A stretch of 64,000 nucleotides of DNA from Candidatus Enteromonas sp. Lineage in GTDB: Bacteria; Bacillota_I; Bacilli_A; RFN20; CAG-826. The position numbers and the translations under genes are program-made. The notes beneath the pieces are model-generated. The model searched no databases. It was not told the DNA's origin and saw nothing but the letters and a program-made list of their open reading frames with translations. Shown piece after piece: positions 24,826 to 34,305 of the stretch (positions within the stretch are counted from its first letter, which is position 1; every line of letters begins with the position of its first letter). The stretch covers positions 11,382-75,381 of the forward strand of contig JAXFGC010000006.1 in assembly GCA_034171505.1 (NCBI GenBank), read 5' to 3'.

Positions 24826-26487
24826 TTAATCGACGGATTCGTCCGCAGCGACTTCGCGTCCGCCACGAATGACGAGTTCGCCCGAATCCAAGGCAGCGAT
24901 TTCTTCGCGGTAAGCCGCTTCCTCGGCATCATTGCAAAGGACGAAGTGCCCTGGCAAGATTTCCCGGAAAGTCGGTTTTTGGGCGGAGTAGTCGTGAACC
25001 AAGTTCGGTTGGTAAACGATGCGTTGACGACGTTTTTCCGAGAAGGGATTCGGCTGAGGAATCGCCGAGAGAAGGGATTTGGTGTAGGGGTGAAGAGGAT
25101 GACGGAAGAGCTCATCCGATGTCGCAAGTTCCACCATGTTGCCGAAGTACATAACCGCGATGCGGTTGCAGAAATACTTGACGGTGGAAAGGTCATGGGC
25201 GATGAAAATCATCGTAAGGCCCATTTCCTCCTTTAGCTCGTTGAGCAAGTTGATGATTTGAGCACGAATCGAAACATCTAACGCGGAAATCGGCTCATCG
25301 CAGATAAGGAGTTTCGGATTCATAATGAGGGCACGGGCGATACCGATACGTTGCCGTTGACCGCCGGAGAACTCATGGGGGTAACGGGAGGCGTGTTCGG
25401 GGACAAGACCGACCTTCTTTAAGATTTCCACGGTCTTTTCGTGGTTCTTAGCGGCGTTGTGTTGGCCTTGGATGCGAAGACCTTCTTGGATAATATCTTC
25501 GACCGTCATACGCGGGTCCAACGAATCCACGGGGTCTTGGAAGATCATTTGAATTTCGTTGAGCAAGCGGCGTGGGGCGTGCAAGTTGTCGTAATGGATG
25601 GCTTTGATTTTCGAACGTTGACGCTCCAAAACGACTTTTTGACGTTCTTGAATCGCGGCGATTTGTGCCTCGATGTCACGGCGGGCTTCTTCGAGGGCGC
25701 TTCCGGTTAAGGTCGCTTCCTTCTTCGCGAGTTCGGCTTTCAAGGCCTTAATGGCTTCGCGGGTATGGATACGGGAATACTTGATTTCCTTCTTGTTCCA
25801 ACGGTCACCGGCGCCGATACGATACCCTTTATAGTAAATGGAGCCACTGGTGATGTCGTAAAGGTGCATAATGCAGCGGCCAGTCGTGGATTTTCCGCAT
25901 CCGGATTCACCGACGATTCCGAAGGTTTCCCCTTCTTGGAGGTCGAAACTCACGTCATGAACCGCTTTGAGTTTGACGTAGTTCGGCCAAGTGCCAAGGC
26001 GGAAGAACATGCGGAGGTGACGAACCGCGAGGATCGTTCCTTTTTCACGAAGTTCCGGCTTGAAGGTCAAGCGGGATAATGAGACGGCAAGTTTGGCGTC
26101 TTCCACGCGTTGTTTGGCCTCTTCCACGAGTTTGGGATCCGGAGCAGCGGTCGTGGAATGGGGTTGAGAGGCGGCGCGAACTTGTTGCGCGAGGGCATCG
26201 TAAGCCTTTTGGGCGGCTTCGAGTTCTGCCTTGGCCACGCTTTTTCGGTGACGACGGACATCTTCTTCCTTCGCGTAGCGCGCACGTGTCTCTTCCAAAG
26301 TGGGGACGTGATCGTCCAAACGGTGTTCACCGCGTTCGTAGGTTTCTTCTTCCTGACGATCGGCGAGGTTTTCGTTTTCCGCCCCTTCCGCTAAGAGAAG
26401 GTTTTGTTCGTCCACCACCGTGGAATCGGTGATGGCGTCGGCGATGTCGTTAGACGAAGTGTCTTGCGGGGACTTACTTGTTTTCAT
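24826..26487 (-). CDS. oppF: Oligopeptide ABC transporter ATP-binding protein (OppF-type) with a ~150-aa N-terminal extension and an internal insertion
   Basis: Walker A GESGCGKST, Q-loop IFQDP, signature FSGGQRQR, Walker B LLICDEP, and a C-terminal oligopeptide-type tail. There is extra charged sequence before Walker A, and a further ~80 aa between YKGYRI and EIQMIFQDP. Confidence 0.9.
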   Translation of the reverse strand: MKTSKSPQDTSSNDIADAITDSTVVDEQNLLLAEGAENENLADRQEEETYERGEHRLDDHVPTLEETRARYAKEEDVRRHRKSVAKAELEAAQKAYDALAQQVRAASQPHSTTAAPDPKLVEEAKQRVEDAKLAVSLSRLTFKPELREKGTILAVRHLRMFFRLGTWPNYVKLKAVHDVSFDLQEGETFGIVGESGCGKSTTGRCIMHLYDITSGSIYYKGYRIGAGDRWNKKEIKYSRIHTREAIKALKAELAKKEATLTGSALEEARRDIEAQIAAIQERQKVVLERQRSKIKAIHYDNLHAPRRLLNEIQMIFQDPVDSLDPRMTVEDIIQEGLRIQGQHNAAKNHEKTVEILKKVGLVPEHASRYPHEFSGGQRQRIGIARALIMNPKLLICDEPISALDVSIRAQIINLLNELKEEMGLTMIFIAHDLSTVKYFCNRIAVMYFGNMVELATSDELFRHPLHPYTKSLLSAIPQPNPFSEKRRQRIVYQPNLVHDYSAQKPTFREILPGHFVLCNDAEEAAYREEIAALDSGELVIRGGREVAADESVD

Positions 26488-28315
26488 TGGTGATTTTCGC
26501 CTCCTCTTCTCTTAATGCGTGATGGATACGTTCGCTGACAATCTTCGGCGGGACCACTTTTGGGGCGCCTTCGAATTCGAGCCAGCTGGCGACAAAGTGG
26601 GTGGGGGAAACTTCAAAGAACGGGGGTTCGTACTTGAAGTCAAGCCCAATGGCGTAGCGGTTGCGGAGGGCAAACGCGTCGCCTTGCGGGGGGTAAATCA
26701 TGTCAGGGGGAGTTCCCGGAATCGCCTCAAGTTTTTCTTTGCTATCGATATCGGGAATTGAAGCAAGAAGGGCCCAGGTGTAGGGATGACGCGGATCGAA
26801 GAAGATTTCTTTGTCCGTGCCATACTCACAGATTTTTCCCGCATACATAACCGCGACGCGGTCCGCCATATTGGCGACGACACCGAGGTCGTGGGTAATG
26901 AAGATGACCGACATGTCGTGGGCTTTCTTCAAACGGTTGATTAGCTCAAGGATTTGGGCTTGGATGGTGACGTCAAGCGCGGTGGTCGGCTCGTCGCAGA
27001 TAAGGATATTCGGTTCCGAAATGAGCGCGATGGCAATAACGATACGTTGCCGCATACCGCCGGAGAATTGGAAGGGATATTGCTTGAATCGACGTTCAGC
27101 TTGGGGGATACCGACCTCGGTCATGACGGAGAGAGCTTTCTCTTTGGCCATGGATTTGGTGATTTTCACCTGGGATTGGTATTCGTAGCGCGCGTCGGTT
27201 TCTTCCTTCTCAAGAGCGATGAAATCTTTCAAAATTTCGTTCAATTCCGCTTCAAGAGGAGCAAGTTTTGCGCTGAATTCCTCTTCCAAGCGGGCGTGAA
27301 CCTTCGGGAAGAGATAGCAGGCCAAAATACGCGCTTTGTAAGAAACCTTCACCTGAAGGATTTCTTTCTTTAACGCACGGACACGGTCCATCTGCGCTTC
27401 ACCTAAAGAGAGGGCGTCGCGTCGGGCGTTGATCGAAGAGAGTTTCTCGGCGAGGACTTTCTTGAGTTCCTCGTGGTGAGCCTTGGTCTTGATCTTGGCA
27501 TCCGTTTGGGCGGCCTTTAGGGCGGCTTTGAGTCCCGGAGCCGCTTTCTTGAACTCTTCTTTGGCAGAAGCGATTCCCACTTTCGCGGCGGCTTTTTGCT
27601 GCGCGAGGTAAGCTTTGTTTTCTGCTTCGAGGTCAACGATTCCTTGCTTGGCGCGTTCGAGGCGGGCAAGGATGGAGGCGGTATCGTCTCCCGTTTTCTT
27701 CGCGGCCTTGAAGGCAGCTTTCGCTTCGGCGATTTCTTCTTGAAGAACCGAATGGCGGTCTTCGTAATCGTTCATCGAAAGAGACGCTTTTGCCCGGGCT
27801 TCGAAGATGGCGATGTCCCGGGCGGACTTCGCGTTCATATAGGCGGTAAGGGCGGGGGCGACCAAATCATCGTAGTAACGCTTCAACATATCTTTGTTGA
27901 TGAGCATCGTTTCGGTGATTTGTTTGCCGATTTTGACGATGGGGTTCAAAGACGAAAGCGGATCTTGGAAAATCATCCCAATCTTTTTGCCGCGGAGGCG
28001 TTGAAATTGGGTTTCGCTCGCTTTGGTGAGGTCGATTCCGTTATAGATAATCGAGCCGCCTTCAATGATGGCATTGGGCGAAAGGATGCCCATAATTGCC
28101 TTCGACGTGACGGATTTTCCCGATCCGGACTCCCCGACGATGCAAAGGGTTTCGCCTTTGTAGAGGTCAAAGGAAACGCCACGGACTGCTTGGACTTTTC
28201 CGTTATCGGTGCGGAAGGAGATAGTGAGATTTTTGACTTGAAGAGCGAGTTCTTTTTCTTTCGAATCGCCGGATTCAATCAATTCACGATCTTTGGGGGA
28301 CAAATCGACTGCCAT
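26474..28315 (-). CDS. oppD: Oligopeptide ABC transporter ATP-binding protein (OppD-type) with a ~245-aa A/K/E-rich insertion
   Basis: Walker A GESGSGKSV, IFQDPLSSLNP, FSGGMRQR, ILICDEPTTALD. Residues ~140-385 are helical and coiled-coil-like (AKAAFKAAKK..., KAALKAAQTDAKIKTKAHHEELKK...). Confidence 0.9.
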   Translation of the reverse strand: MAVDLSPKDRELIESGDSKEKELALQVKNLTISFRTDNGKVQAVRGVSFDLYKGETLCIVGESGSGKSVTSKAIMGILSPNAIIEGGSIIYNGIDLTKASETQFQRLRGKKIGMIFQDPLSSLNPIVKIGKQITETMLINKDMLKRYYDDLVAPALTAYMNAKSARDIAIFEARAKASLSMNDYEDRHSVLQEEIAEAKAAFKAAKKTGDDTASILARLERAKQGIVDLEAENKAYLAQQKAAAKVGIASAKEEFKKAAPGLKAALKAAQTDAKIKTKAHHEELKKVLAEKLSSINARRDALSLGEAQMDRVRALKKEILQVKVSYKARILACYLFPKVHARLEEEFSAKLAPLEAELNEILKDFIALEKEETDARYEYQSQVKITKSMAKEKALSVMTEVGIPQAERRFKQYPFQFSGGMRQRIVIAIALISEPNILICDEPTTALDVTIQAQILELINRLKKAHDMSVIFITHDLGVVANMADRVAVMYAGKICEYGTDKEIFFDPRHPYTWALLASIPDIDSKEKLEAIPGTPPDMIYPPQGDAFALRNRYAIGLDFKYEPPFFEVSPTHFVASWLEFEGAPKVVPPKIVSERIHHALREEEAKITNENK

Positions 28316-28316
28316 A

Positions 28317-30377
28317 TCACTCGCCTCCTTTCAGCGACGGGTTGAACGCGTCGCGTAAGCCGTTCCCGAAGAGGTTAAAGGAAATCATGATGAGAGCCAT
28401 AACCGCGGAGGGGAACAAAATCAAATACGGTTGGGTTGTCATGTATTGCTGGTTCTCCGACAAAGTGGAACCAAAACCCTGCATACCATTAACAAGATGC
28501 AAGTAGGAAAGTGAGGCTTCCGAGAAAATGACGGAGGGGATCATCAAAACCGAGGAGGTAATGAGGGTGCCAATCGCGTTGGGCAAGATGTGACGGAAAA
28601 TAAGTCGCGTGTCACGAGCGCCCAAAGTACGAGCCGCCAAAATATATTCTCGGTCCTTATATCGGTAGAACTGAGTACGTGTTAACGATGCGGTGCCTAG
28701 CCATCCCGTCGCACACAACGCGATGCCAACCATAATCCAGATGGGGAATCCATCCGGTTTATTAATAAGGATAAGGGTCATGACGACGACCCAGGGGACG
28801 CCACCCAAAATTTCGCTGACACGTTCCATGACCATGTCGACCGCTCCACCGAAATAGCCGGAAATCGCACCCCAAATCAAACCAATCGTGAGGTTGATGA
28901 CCGTGGTGATGACGCCAAGCAAGACGGAGAAACGGAGACCGGAGAAGACGAGTTTGAACATATCACGCCCACTCTTGTCGGTGCCAAAGATGAACCGAGG
29001 CTTGGAGGAATAACCGTAGTAACGGTAGTTCGAAACGATACCGCCGAAGTTGGCCGCACGGAGATTTCCGGCGCCAACGACTTTGATGTAAAGCGGGTTT
29101 TCTTCCGAGATTCGAAGCGGGCAATACTTCTCGCCGGATTCGGTCAAGCGAGCCCCAGCGATGAATCGTGCCTGTTCGGAGGAACTCATCGAGGAAGCAA
29201 GGAAGTCCGCCAAAGGATAATCGAATTCAATCCATCCCTTGTCGTTCCATTCCTTCATGTGGGATTTGGTGAGGTCGTAACGGGCATATTCCCCATAAAC
29301 GGCTTCGTAGGGATCGTAAACAAAGGATCCAACGACGTAGTCCGCGTGGAAAATTTGGGCGTCTTCTTTGCCACTAACGGAATACCGATACGACTTCATT
29401 TCGTCTTGTTGGGCACGGTACAGGGTGAGGTTGGCGTCGCTTGCGGAAACCTTTTCGAGGTTTTCCTTAACGCCGTCGTTCACCGCGCTCGCCCCATCGG
29501 TCGCGGAAACGACGACCGATTTCACAAGAATCGAATTCTTGGTGGAGGAATCTTCCTTCAAAGTAACGGAGATTTGGCCGGTGAAATCCGAGGACGCAAG
29601 CGTCGGGAAATCCGCCAAATCGATGGAGACCTTTTGAGCGCCTTGGAGTTCATCCGTTAAGGGAATGGTGGCGCCATCGACGATCATGCCGACGGTATAA
29701 ACGCCACTTGCGCCGTAAGGGAAGTCGTCGAAACTAGCGGGGTCACCCATCTCAATTTCGACGTGATAGTTATAGTAGTTTGTGTAGTAGGTATTCTTCG
29801 GGGAAATCAAACTGCTGTCGCCCTGGGTCGGGGCAGTGGAAACACGGATGTAACCGCCGCGGGCGTAGGGTTGAACGGTGTCAAGTTTAAGTTCGCCAAC
29901 CTTGGAATAGGTAATATCCCCGAGAATTGCGCTGGTAACGAAGATGTTGGCTTGATCGGAATACGGAACGCCAGAATAGGTTCCATCTTCCGCGTAAGCG
30001 TCCCAATCGAAATCAATCGGGGTGTTGGAATAGGCTTTGGTGCCATCCCAGAAACCGGTGCCCGCGTTGAAAAGTTTCGGTTCTAGGAAGTTTTGGGAGA
30101 GCAAATACGGGTTATCCTTGCTAATGTCGTTGGTGTCCAAAACCGGGACGAACAAGGAAAGGGCGAGGATGGTGCCAAGGATGATGGCGCCGGCGACGGA
30201 GGATTTGTTTTTGGCAAAACGCTTCATCGCATCTTTGAAGAAGGTCGTCGGCTTCGACTTCATCTTCACGTCGGTAAGACGGGTATCGTACTGAATAAGT
30301 TGGAGATCGGTTTCAGAGAACGAGATCGTGTGTTCCACGTTCTTCGAATCGCGATAGGTGTAATTTTGGGTAGCCAT
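28317..30377 (-). CDS. oppC: Oligopeptide ABC transporter permease (OppC-type) with a ~385-aa extracytoplasmic insertion
   Basis: TM1 (VAGAIILGTILALSLFVPVL) is followed by ~385 aa of soluble sequence, and only then by the conserved FGTDKSGRDMF motif and the permease core. Confidence 0.88.
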   Translation of the reverse strand: MATQNYTYRDSKNVEHTISFSETDLQLIQYDTRLTDVKMKSKPTTFFKDAMKRFAKNKSSVAGAIILGTILALSLFVPVLDTNDISKDNPYLLSQNFLEPKLFNAGTGFWDGTKAYSNTPIDFDWDAYAEDGTYSGVPYSDQANIFVTSAILGDITYSKVGELKLDTVQPYARGGYIRVSTAPTQGDSSLISPKNTYYTNYYNYHVEIEMGDPASFDDFPYGASGVYTVGMIVDGATIPLTDELQGAQKVSIDLADFPTLASSDFTGQISVTLKEDSSTKNSILVKSVVVSATDGASAVNDGVKENLEKVSASDANLTLYRAQQDEMKSYRYSVSGKEDAQIFHADYVVGSFVYDPYEAVYGEYARYDLTKSHMKEWNDKGWIEFDYPLADFLASSMSSSEQARFIAGARLTESGEKYCPLRISEENPLYIKVVGAGNLRAANFGGIVSNYRYYGYSSKPRFIFGTDKSGRDMFKLVFSGLRFSVLLGVITTVINLTIGLIWGAISGYFGGAVDMVMERVSEILGGVPWVVVMTLILINKPDGFPIWIMVGIALCATGWLGTASLTRTQFYRYKDREYILAARTLGARDTRLIFRHILPNAIGTLITSSVLMIPSVIFSEASLSYLHLVNGMQGFGSTLSENQQYMTTQPYLILFPSAVMALIMISFNLFGNGLRDAFNPSLKGGE

Positions 30378-30378
30378 A

Positions 30379-31419
30379 CTATTTCTTCGCCCCCATGCGG
30401 ATACGCGGATCGATGAACCCGTACGAGAGGTCCAAGAAGACGCCCGACACCAAGCCGATTAAGGTGTAAAGGGACATGTCCGCCATCAAAACGTTGTAGT
30501 CGTTGCTCTGAATCGCGGTGATGTAGAGTTTACCGACACCGGGAATTCCATAGAGCTGCTCGAGAATCATCGAGCCTCCGAGTAAGCCAATGACTTCGGA
30601 GAGGATCGAGGGGAGGATGGGAACCATCGCGTTCTTTAACGCGTGGCGGGTGATGGATTGGCTTTTGGTTAAGCCCTTCGTGCGCGCAAGAAGCAAAAAG
30701 TCGCTGGACATGACTTCGGTCAACTCCGCGCGGGTGAAACGGCAATAACCACAGATGGAGCCAAAAGAAAGGGCCATCGTCGGAATAATGTAGCCTAGGA
30801 AACGTTGAGTGGGGTCCGCCGTGGAACTTGGCCACTGGGTCGGAAGGATTTTCCAGGTATAGGCGAAAATATACAAAAGGAAGTTGATGATAATGAAGGA
30901 AGGAACGGAGATGAACACCATGACGAGGGTCGAAATGATGTGGTCGGTCATCTTGTTCTTCTTTAACGCCGCCCAAATACCGAGGGCGATACCGGAAGGA
31001 ACGGAGATGAGTACCGGCCAAATATTGACCTTAATGGTGGTCAGCAAACGTTGATCGAGGATGATGAGCATCGCATCAACGTTCGGCATGATCTTGTTGG
31101 ACAAACCCCAAGATCCATGAAAAATGCCGTTCACCCAAGCGCCGTATTGGACGAAAAGGGATTCCTCATAGAAGTAATACGCGGTGCCGCGATCCGGAAC
31201 ATAGGAATCCAACATCGCGCCCCATTCAGGGCGTGGAACGGTGTCATAACGCACATAACCGAGGTCCGCCTGATGCAAATAATAGGCGAGAATCGCATCC
31301 GGTTTGGCGCCGATAAGCTTGGGGAACGGTTGAAGTTTCACCAAGAAGAACGTCATCGTGAGAATAATCGCGGTCGTGCAAACGGCCAAGAAAATTCTCT
31401 GCACAGAATAACGAAACAT
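30379..31419 (-). CDS. oppB: Oligopeptide ABC transporter permease (OppB-type)
   Basis: MFRYSVQRIFLAV... N-terminus, a binding-protein-dependent permease core with an EAA-like LARTKGLTKSQSITRHALKNAM, and AAAGGAGGGG SD. Confidence 0.9.
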   Translation of the reverse strand: MFRYSVQRIFLAVCTTAIILTMTFFLVKLQPFPKLIGAKPDAILAYYLHQADLGYVRYDTVPRPEWGAMLDSYVPDRGTAYYFYEESLFVQYGAWVNGIFHGSWGLSNKIMPNVDAMLIILDQRLLTTIKVNIWPVLISVPSGIALGIWAALKKNKMTDHIISTLVMVFISVPSFIIINFLLYIFAYTWKILPTQWPSSTADPTQRFLGYIIPTMALSFGSICGYCRFTRAELTEVMSSDFLLLARTKGLTKSQSITRHALKNAMVPILPSILSEVIGLLGGSMILEQLYGIPGVGKLYITAIQSNDYNVLMADMSLYTLIGLVSGVFLDLSYGFIDPRIRMGAKK

Positions 31420-31481
31420 ATACCCCTCCTTTCATTGTCAAAGTAATAAAACCATATTGCCCGAAATTGTTCAATTTATGT

Positions 31482-31549
31482 TCTCTAATGAAAGGTTTTC
31501 GGGACCCTTTCATTAGAGAAGCAGCGCCAGAGAGGTCCCTGGCGCTGCT
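31482..31549 (-). other. Two adjacent perfect stem-loops in the oppA-oppB intergenic region
   Basis: An 11-bp GC-rich stem AGCAGCGCCAG/CTGGCGCTGCT (31520-31549) sits directly next to a 14-bp stem TCTCTAATGAAAGG/CCTTTCATTAGAGA (31482-31519). Neither has a clear U-tract. Confidence 0.6.
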
Positions 31550-31581
31550 AAAGTTTTGACGAATCGACTTACGAACTAAGG

Positions 31582-34179
31582 TTACTCAGGGAGAACCGCA
31601 GCCGCGTAGGCGGACTTCATACCACCATAGACACCTTCAATGTATTGGTTGAAGTCAACACCGAAGACGGGGATACCGCCGGCGTTGATGATGCCAGTGG
31701 AGAACGGAGCCAAGAGGGTGAAGGTGAAGTTGCCATCATCATCCCAGGAGATGTCGGTGCAGTATTCATCGCCATACATGAAGCTTTCGTCCGGATAGAC
31801 TTCCCAGTAATCGCTGCTCTCAGTGGGGTCCGTAGTTCCGAAGATGTCGAGAATTTCGATTTCGAGAGCCGCATCATTAAGGACGTCGATCTTACCAGTG
31901 ACGGTGACCGAGCCGTCGGCGTTTTGGACGAGCGAGCTGCAGACAACCTTGACCGCGCTGATCGCCTGGCCATCTTCGTCAAGGACGACGCCGCCATCGG
32001 CAGCATCCCAGAGGCCGTCGAAGGACCAGCGTTCGCCTTCGAAGACAAGAGCAGATTCATCTTCGGCAACAGCGGTGGTATCGGCGCCCCAGTTGAGGGT
32101 GAAGCCAGAGGAGTTGGAGGACTTCAAGACTTCCATGAAGTTGAGCGGGTCGAGAGCGTTCCCGCTGATTGAACCAAAGCCAAGGTCGAATTGGCCGAGC
32201 ATCAAGTGTTTGTAGTAGACGTCGGTCCACACAGTGCCGGCATAATTATTGACGGTCAATTTGAGGTTCAAACCAAGGTTAGCAGCCGCTTTGTTGAAGG
32301 CAGTTTCGACGTAACCTTTGATCTTCGCGCCTTCTTCTTCGATTTGGTACTCAAACATCCACCAAACGTCGATGGAGATTTCGGTATCGGTTTCGGAGAT
32401 GGCTTGTTCAGCGATGAGTTCGGTGATAGCCGCTTCGAAGGCACTTTCGGAAAGCGCTAAGTTGTAACCATAGGTGTCAATGGTGTCGCCCCAGAAGTCT
32501 TCGAGGGCCGCTTCGTGCTCCGGAGTGGAGTTATAGGATTGGCCGGTTTCCGGATTGGACATGTAAGCGCCGGAGAAGTAGTTGATCGACGGAGTGCCGC
32601 CCTTGTAGGAGGCGTATTCTTGACGATTGATCGAGTAGAAGAGACCGCGGAGGAAGTTTTCGTTGGACATCCAAGGCTTGACATCCCAGTAATCCGCTTC
32701 AGCGGTTTGGGCGATGGAGCCTTTCACGCCGAAGAGTTCTTCCCAGAGTTCCTGGGTGCAACTGTTGATGTTGAGTTTCCAGACAGCTTCACCAGGGACA
32801 CGGGTGGATTGCGGGTGGCTGGAGTAATCGGCAAGGTAATTGGAGGGGATGCCGACGGAGTCGAGCTTGCCAGCAAGGTATTCTTTGAAGCCGACGGTCT
32901 TGTCTTGGGCATAGCCAGTCAAGATCGCTTCGTGGATACCTTCGATACGATAGAGGTTCGGGTTCTCTACACGTTCGTACCAATTGTCGTTACGCTTGAA
33001 GGTAACGAGTTTTTCCGTTTCCCAGGATTCGAGGTAGTACGGTCCAAGGCAGAGGAGGTTGTCAATCGGGCTGGTGGTCAAATCGTTGCTGTAACCAGCG
33101 AAGTTGTCGATACCAACAAGGTCGATGAACGAAGCCGGGATCGGTTCGTGGAGGTCGCTATTGATGGAGTACATCGCGTAGAAACGGTTGACGGGGATTT
33201 GGAAGGTGAATTCGAGGTAGTCGCCATCCGCGTCGGTGCCGGATTTTATACCGACGTTTTCCCAAGCGGCTTCCGCGGCTTCGCTGGTGTTAACACCTTT
33301 GACGCCCAAGCCCTTGGTGGTGGAGTAGTAGTTGCTGACACCAACAATCGCGCCTTTGCCGGTCTTCTTGGCCATTTCGGTACCACGATAGAGGGCATTG
33401 GAGCCGTTCAAGAGCATCTTGTACGGAGTGATGTAATCTTCGAGGGTGACGTATTTGCCATCGTAAACGGCACGGTCCGCCAACTTCGAATTGGTGCGGT
33501 AGGCAACGCCGCCTTTTTCGCCAGTGCGAACGTGCATACGCCAGGTTTGGTGGAGTTCGGTCGCGGTCGGATTGGAATCGACGACACCATTTTCGACCGC
33601 AAGCATGTGGTCGTCGGTGGAGAGGACACCGTGGAATTCGTATCCGTCTTTGGTCGAATTCAATTGTTGTCCGAAGTAGGCAGAGGTCGCGTTAGCGAGA
33701 AGGTTCGGAACCGCGGAACCATCATCGTTCCAAGCATTCAAGGTACCCGGGTCACTCGAGGTCCAGGTGTGATAGTACATGCCGTACTTATCACTCGTGT
33801 CACCGGTGAGCTTAACGCCTTCCTTGATGTAACCATCGCGCATGATCGAGAAGCCGTAGTTGGTAACGTAGTTGTTGGTACCTTTAACAATACGGTCCTG
33901 GTACATGACGTAGCCGGAGTCTTCGTAAAGAGGAAGACCGGCAATGGCGTGGTCGACGGCATACTTTTCGAGTTTGCCGAGGATTTCGACGCGTTCCTCA
34001 TAGGAACGGTCGATGAATTGATGAGCACCAGAGGCGACCGGTAAAGAAGAGATGGGAGCGGAGCCAGAGTTGCCACCACCGCTGGTAACAGAAGACTCAC
34101 CGGTGGAATTTCCGCCGCCACAAGCAGCAAGCATAAGTGCGCCCAAGGCGAGGGTAGGAACTAAGAATTTTTTATTCAT
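31582..34179 (-). CDS. oppA: Oligopeptide-binding lipoprotein (family-5 SBP), enlarged (865 aa)
   Basis: Signal peptide plus lipobox MNKKFLVPTLALGALMLAACGG, and its position at the head of oppBCDF. I trimmed the start to ATG 34179, which has an AAAGGAGA SD. Confidence 0.85.
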   Translation of the reverse strand: MNKKFLVPTLALGALMLAACGGGNSTGESSVTSGGGNSGSAPISSLPVASGAHQFIDRSYEERVEILGKLEKYAVDHAIAGLPLYEDSGYVMYQDRIVKGTNNYVTNYGFSIMRDGYIKEGVKLTGDTSDKYGMYYHTWTSSDPGTLNAWNDDGSAVPNLLANATSAYFGQQLNSTKDGYEFHGVLSTDDHMLAVENGVVDSNPTATELHQTWRMHVRTGEKGGVAYRTNSKLADRAVYDGKYVTLEDYITPYKMLLNGSNALYRGTEMAKKTGKGAIVGVSNYYSTTKGLGVKGVNTSEAAEAAWENVGIKSGTDADGDYLEFTFQIPVNRFYAMYSINSDLHEPIPASFIDLVGIDNFAGYSNDLTTSPIDNLLCLGPYYLESWETEKLVTFKRNDNWYERVENPNLYRIEGIHEAILTGYAQDKTVGFKEYLAGKLDSVGIPSNYLADYSSHPQSTRVPGEAVWKLNINSCTQELWEELFGVKGSIAQTAEADYWDVKPWMSNENFLRGLFYSINRQEYASYKGGTPSINYFSGAYMSNPETGQSYNSTPEHEAALEDFWGDTIDTYGYNLALSESAFEAAITELIAEQAISETDTEISIDVWWMFEYQIEEEGAKIKGYVETAFNKAAANLGLNLKLTVNNYAGTVWTDVYYKHLMLGQFDLGFGSISGNALDPLNFMEVLKSSNSSGFTLNWGADTTAVAEDESALVFEGERWSFDGLWDAADGGVVLDEDGQAISAVKVVCSSLVQNADGSVTVTGKIDVLNDAALEIEILDIFGTTDPTESSDYWEVYPDESFMYGDEYCTDISWDDDGNFTFTLLAPFSTGIINAGGIPVFGVDFNQYIEGVYGGMKSAYAAAVLPE

Positions 34180-34305
34180 AGTTTGAATTTCTCCTTTCTG
34201 AGATGAGTTGATTAAAAGGTACATTCAAAAATCGTCAAGCGAAAATTTTGTCAATTTTCTCGCTTTTTTAATCTTTTTTCTTGAAAGCGCTACCAAAATT
34301 GTCAA

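Noticed and set aside
32515-34044. Very long antisense ORFs in the track: 509 aa opposite oppA, 401 aa at 12464-13669, 357 aa at 61629-62702, 266 aa at 14947-15747, 249 aa at 27596-28345, 204 aa at 63125-63739 and 200 aa at 5115-5717.
   Set aside because: Each lies opposite a gene with clear family motifs, signal peptides and operon context. Their own translations are G/V/D/F/R-rich with no motifs or SDs. Such shadow ORFs are expected from codon-position bias at this GC content.
34225-34305. AT-rich motifs upstream of oppA (AATTTTGTCAATTTT / AAAATTGACAAAATT, and a repeated TTGACAA..TTTT) as CodY boxes.
   Set aside because: Each has about 4 mismatches to AATTTTCWGAAAATT, which is too weak to call without a scoring matrix or a known CodY in this genome. 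The partial inverted repeat GCGAAAATT...AATTTTCTCGC may just be a leaky terminator for the upstream gene.
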